The notes under the pieces: generated by a model | The model's database searches: none | Told to the model about the DNA's origin: nothing | What the model saw: only the letters and a program-made list of their open reading frames with translations | Shown: piece by piece, positions 58,384-64,000 of the stretch | How positions within the stretch are numbered: the first letter of the stretch is position 1 | Layout: each line of letters starts with the position of its first letter | Made by a program: the position numbers and the translations under genes | NCBI GenBank assembly: GCA_000320545.1 | Contig: ADNK01000816.1 | Span: 1-64,000 of the forward strand | Direction of reading: 5' to 3' | From: Bigelowiella natans CCMP2755 | Lineage: Eukaryota; Protista; Cercozoa | Length of the DNA stretch: 64,000 bases

Positions 58384-59426
58384 TTACTCATCATCATCTT
58401 CATCCTCATCCTCATCTTCATCCTCATCCTCATCATCGTCTGCAGGCTATTGTATCATCATACAAAAATATTCAGGTCGCAAGAAAAGTACCAGGTAAGT
58501 GAGTGTTTTACCTTCACTGGGTTTTCGCCGAATACCTTCTTTACAGGCTTTCCTTCAAGAAGAAGATTAAGTTGGTCTTCCATGACGCTCATGTACTGTG
58601 GAGCCGTAGCACCGAGCTCAGAGTGCTGCTGGTGCCAAACAACCTTTCCGCCCTTGATAACGAAGCAGTGGGGAACGCTCAAAATGGCACGCATCTTCAT
58701 AGACAAGGCCTGCTTGATCTTTCCACCCTTGTCGAATGCAATAGCGAACTTGGTTGGGTGTGCGTGTGAGTACTTTTTCTTTGGGTCCTCAATCCATTTT
58801 TTAGCGTAACTAGTGTCTGGATCAGTGGAGAGTCCGACAACGACGAGCTACATTGTTAGCAAAAAGGATCATTAGACAGTGTGTTAGGCATCGTATAATA
58901 AGAGAAATATCAAAAACCAAAAGGTAGGTGGTTCTAAGAGATCTTCTCGTAAATTAAGATGATTTAATTTGACGTTAAAATGGCCTGATTCCCTACCTTA
59001 TCTCCATAACCCTCTGCAAGCTTAGTATACAGGTCAATCTTAGGGTAGCAAGCTTTCTGGAACTGAGCCCATACGAAGAGAACAAGGACTTTGTCTGCAT
59101 TGTGGTGAGGGTAGTCCTTTGCATCAGTCAAATACTCCATTGTTGAAAGGTCCGGAGCCTGGGGGGGACATCAGAATATGAACCATTCGTGTTATTCCAA
59201 CAAACACACACATAGAAAAACAATAGACTATTTGGATTTATTCATGTTTTGACTAATTACGAATGAATTTCGAACAAATAGGACCGTCGTCCCCTGCCTG
59301 TTCTTAAAGAAAGTTTTGTTGAAAATTGCTTACATCCTCGCCGAGAATGCGATCATCATCCCAGGTCTTGAACTTATCCTTTCCTTTAATTTTATCCGGC
59401 TCGAACAAACGCTTTCCCTCCGACAT
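58384..59426 (-). CDS. TlpA/redoxin-like thioredoxin-fold protein lacking the first Cys, with acidic tail
   Basis: APDLSTMEY...VLVLFVWAQFQKACYP, VVVGLSTD, FAIAFD, VPHCFVIKGGKVVWHQ. Confidence 0.8.
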
Positions 59427-60463
59427 GATACTTCTTCTCTGCGAGTGGGAAAAAGCAAATGTGAACCTTCCGTCATCGAAATTTCGTTGCATTCCGAAAT
59501 TGCAACACGCATGAACATAGTCTTGATGACAACTTCTCATTTTCCCTTCCCCTTATTCCCCCCTCGCATAGGGTCGATGAAATAGTGCAAGAAGATCTTT
59601 CCAAAATTATGAAATAGAATGAATCGGTGGAAGAAAGGGTGGGGGGGGCAGAAGTCCGTGCCTGGTGGTAGAGAACCTTCACGTATTCAGAATATGACTG
59701 CTGCAGCGCAATTTCATTTAAAAGAAATCCCCTAATATTTTGCCTATTTTCGACCGTACCAGCGGATAAACAACACTTTTCTCGGTACATCTTCGAATGA
59801 CACGCGCCATATTTGTTACTGGAAAGCGTGCAAGATGAATAAGATATATATGTGTTACCTAATGTGGACAGCAAATCTCAAAAATGTGATATTTTAGCAA
59901 GAATAAAAGGAGAAAAGGTAAAAATAAGGTAAATCAGGCCAGAGCGAGCATCGTATCTGAGTGCACAGGAGCTGGGGTTTGAACATACGAACAAAAAGGG
60001 GTAATTGCTTGGGGTTGAGTTGATCCGACATCGTGGAAGTCAAGACGTAGGTTCGCTGCAAAAGAAGGCGCAAAAATTCTCCGGAGGAACTACACAGCTG
60101 TCGTCGGTGGGTGTTATCCTGCGAATATCTTTGAAAATAAATGTCATGCATTTTATACTTACGTCAAACTTCAAAAACTAAATAAATGGCGGCTGTACCT
60201 GGCCGTATCCGGAGGGCGTCCCGGATGGATGAAAGGAAGAAGCTGAAGGAGTCACCTCTGTTGAGATCAAGGTCCGACCAGCGACACATGTGGATGGAAT
60301 TCGACTAAACTCATAATAAAACTCTTCCAGTTCCATTGGCGTCGATTCAATGGATTTCATCACTCTTATTCCAAAGATGATGACGTGCCCACGAATTGAA
60401 TACCTCATCTCTTATGTAGTCCTGTTTTTTAGTCATCTTTCCACATCCACATGTATTCTATCA

Positions 60464-61888
60464 GGTATATGTTTGTAGATGGAGAAGAAGTCATCGACTG
60501 CGCCAACAACCAAATGGTAAGTGACCCCCGAATATGCTCTACTTTGCCATTGATGCGGGACATAGAATCGACAGTAATCCAAGGGGAAGAGAAGTAATAT
60601 GATACACAATTCTTATGTTCATAGATGGGAGCTTGGGTAGAGGATCCGACATACGATTGCGTTATTGTAACGTCGTACGCACTCGCTCGAATTCAAAACG
60701 GAAAGGTAGAATGGCGCATGCATGTTTCAGATGCGTAAGTAGTGGCAGCAAGTAGTACTAGAAGTAGCAAAAACAGTGACACTTAAAGTCGTAGTAGTCG
60801 TTGTAGTAGTAGTTGTTGTTTTTTTTGTTTGTTGTTGAGGGGGAGGAGGAGGAGGAGGAGGAGGAGGAGGAGGAGGAGGAGGATTAAAGAACAAGTGAGC
60901 GTATGGAAACTCGATGATTCATGCGCGATTATACACATCAAACACCCCTTAGCTAAATCTGCGAATCGACAAAGAAAATGTTCTTGGCGTCTGGATGACT
61001 CGTCAGTCAACGGTGTCTCGCCCTCAGGTCAATCAACCGTCGGTTCCCATGAGAATCATGTTGCATCCACTGCTGAGCTTTCCCCTGATGGAAATACATC
61101 TTCGTGTTTGCGTGCTTCGCATAATTGACTGCTGACAGCTTCATGTCGGCTTGACTGATGGCCGGACCCGAAAAATTGAAATCCGATTGCTCGACGACTG
61201 CAAGCGAATCGGCGGGATCGTGTACCGCTGGGGCAAAGATAACTACGTCCCGCGGTACCGCACCGCCAAGAAACACCGTGAGGTATCCGTGACGAAGATC
61301 CGAATGGAAGGCGCAGATTTGGGGTTCATGATCCCCGGTGCGGTGGTGTGGAAGGACCGTGAATACGGTACTAAATTGTTGTGGTGGCGGTGGTTGCAAG
61401 CTCCTGTCACTCTAGTTTGATTCACTTTGTGCAGTCTCATCACCATTCATTTAGCCATGCATGGTCTGGGACTCTACCCCTCCCCCAATCACCCTTCAAA
61501 TCCCTCAAAACCTCAAGCAGTCCCCCCCTTTCCCTTGTCAAAATATATCGTCGTCGTCCAGTCTTCTCACAGGTCCCAGATGTAATGAGCGCAGGCGTGC
61601 ATCTTCGGCTCCCCCACCGAGCGTTCCGCAGGGGACACGTACCCGTGGTAGAAGTGGATGAACCTGCGGCCTTGTTCGTAATATTCGAACTCCCAGGGAC
61701 GTCTTTGACAAGCAGGGGTGATGATGACAACAGGTCCGGTGGCTTTGGCACATCACTTCCCAGGAAAGGATGGCAGAAGCTTGCGGGCAAGGCTCCGAAG
61801 ATCTTAGGGCCCAAGTATGGCGACAAGCAGCAGGTGGTATACTTCAAGGTCGTAGAACCTGGCAAGGTATTTCATAAGCACACAAACA

Positions 61889-61924
<36 letters not shown>

Positions 61925-62984
61925 CGCACACTAAATATACGGTGTAAATAATGGTGAGTACTTGCCCCCTACATAATTGTACAAACATTATTGTGTGTTT
62001 TCGGGTGGGGAGGGGATGGGTATAATAATAGGTGTGTCATTTGCATGTACTAATGCATCATCTCTTTGTACGCGCTTGGTTCAGATATCCCTGCCAAAAA
62101 TCGCAACCACGGATACATGTGCCTCCATTGTCGCAAAGTTCGGCCTCAACGGCGCCCCCCCTCCAAAACCCGAGGCTGCTGTGAAGGAGGAAAAGGCTAG
62201 GAGCAAAGAGCATGGCTACAAATCAAGCTCAGTCGAAGCCGAGAATACGAAGAAGTCCCCCACGCAGGAGAGCTCTCTGGTTGTCATTAACGACTCGGAC
62301 GCCAAGAGGCAGGCGTCATCATCATCGTCGTCATCATCATCATCATCGCATCCTACCACGATAGGTGGTGAGCCCCCCCCCAGCCGCAGCGGCAGTGGCG
62401 AACAGGGACGGCAGCAGGTATCATCAGAGCAGAAGAGCAGTGAGAAGGATGGCGGGGGCGAAATGGTGGCCAAGCAAGCGGCCGCAGCCATAGGAATGTC
62501 GAAGCCGAAGCACCTTGGAGACGGCATCGTCTCCGGACTTAAAACTACTGGGACGGGCGTTCTCCTGGGGCTGGGGTACCTCTGTTACGCGCCATACGCG
62601 GGGGCAAAGGAGGACGGCATTAAGGGCTTTGGAGTTGGGCTGGCCAAAGGAGTGGCGGGGGTGGTGGCTGCCCCCGTCGTAGGCACGTTGATGGGGGTAG
62701 GCCAAATCCTCAGGGGGGCCGTCAACACGCCTGGGGCCGTCTCGGCTGGAATCGTAATGATATGCTGCCACCGCAATAATGCCGCACTCCTCTGCTCACA
62801 CGAAAGAAGAAGAAGAAGAAGAAGAAGAAGAAAATGATGATGATGATGAAGAAGGAGAAGAAGAAAGAGAGGAACACGATGATGATGATGATGATGATGA
62901 ATATAACGGACACCAAAATTAATTGGGCGAAACATTTGCATGATGATGAGAAGGACAAGGGAAATCAGCCGCTCGCTCCACACC

Positions 62985-63018
<34 letters not shown>

Positions 63019-64000
63019 TCATTTATCATCATTATCACAGGAGGGGAAAATATGGGACCCTAAGAGCGAGGAGTGGGTGACCCCAACGCCCTACAACCTT
63101 ATGGAGAACTACTACCAAATTCTTGACCGAAAAGAGGAGGAGGAAAAGGCGGCCAACGAAGGCGATGGCGGCAGGTTGCTTGGTAGTAGGAAGGTCAAAG
63201 AGACAAAGCTCTACGAGGTGCTGGGTGTCAACACGAATGCGACGCAGAAGCAAATCAGGAAGGCTTACTATAAAGAAGCGCTCAAGGTAAAAAATGCACT
63301 CTTTTCCCTCCTAATTCTTACCTCCCCCCCTCTCATTCTCTCTTTTCTCTTCCCCCTTCCAGAAGCTCCCTACACACACACGTAATCGTTCCTGCGACTG
63401 AGGCTTTGATCATCCCCCTCCCCAATCCTGCTAATTCCTTCCATTCTCTACCCAGTCGCATCCAGACAAAAACCCTGACAATCCAGAAGCGAAGACGCGT
63501 TTTCAACTTCTCAGCAAAGCATACCAGGTACAAAGGGACCACCGTGGATGATGATGATGATGATGGTTTATTATCAGTGTTAGTGCATAACTGCTGCTTC
63601 CACTACAAATACCACTACTTAGAAGTAGCTCTACTTGTTGCTTGATCAATTTGTTTGTGGGGGATAGCACTAGAATCATCTTCTTGTTGTCGTTGTTCGG
63701 AAGTAGTAGTAGTAGTAGTAGGAATAGCATTACCATCATCGTTCAAGGACCCACACGGATTGAGTAAGAGCGTAGAAACGAAGAACAGCACACAAGCCGA
63801 TGTTAAAACGCAATCATCCCAACAAGTTCGTTGTATGTTCCCATCTCTCTGTCGACATCCCCCCCCCCCCCTCGCAGGTGCTATCGAACCCGCAGCTGCG
63901 CGCCGACTACGACCGATTCGGGGAGAGCGCCGCGGAGGGCGTGAGATTCGACGTGGTGAGCGCCACGGCCGTCTTCTTCACAGCGCTCTTCGGATCGGAA
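60464..64000 (+). CDS. DnaJ (J-domain) protein with long N-terminal region; start uncertain, runs off the window
   Basis: VKETKLYEVLGV...IRKAYYKEALK|SHPDKNP (HPD at 63459-63467)...FQLLSKAYQ|VLSNPQLRADYD...FFTALFGSE, preceded by a Gly-rich amphipathic segment (GAKEDGIKGFGVGLAKGVAG). Confidence 0.9.

Overview
Eukaryotic, intron-rich nuclear DNA. Short GT-AG introns, microsatellite-stuffed introns and a long-leader carrier protein suggest an alga or protist, possibly a chlorarachniophyte; this is inference only. About 17 protein-coding genes can be assembled across introns: a PhyH-type dioxygenase, an N-acylated Atx1-like copper chaperone, a SelW/Rdx-type selenoprotein (in-frame UGA plus SECIS, missed by the ORF track), a two-pore K+ channel, a secreted His-brace/LPMO-like plus ependymin-like protein, a phosphate carrier, a class I-like PI3K, an ABM-barrel protein, a secreted 2OG-Fe(II) oxygenase, a permuted papain-like amidase, two atypical thioredoxins, a DnaJ protein and several hypotheticals. 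One complete, young Ty3/Gypsy LTR retrotransposon sits at 26675-32390 (326-bp LTRs identical by eye, TCAC target-site duplication). The most striking signal is compositional. Two blocks that look like old DNA-transposon debris have almost no TpA dinucleotides while keeping CpG: 0 TA in 4481-5297, and 9 TA in 25624-26674, 8 of them in CTAG (hand counts). This is the mirror image of fungal RIP and suggests a TpA-to-TpG/CpA, repeat-directed hypermutation process. The young, still TpA-rich retrotransposon inserted into one of these blocks carries a C-terminal domain resembling a degenerate N6-adenine DNA methyltransferase. Exon boundaries were read by hand and several gene starts are uncertain.
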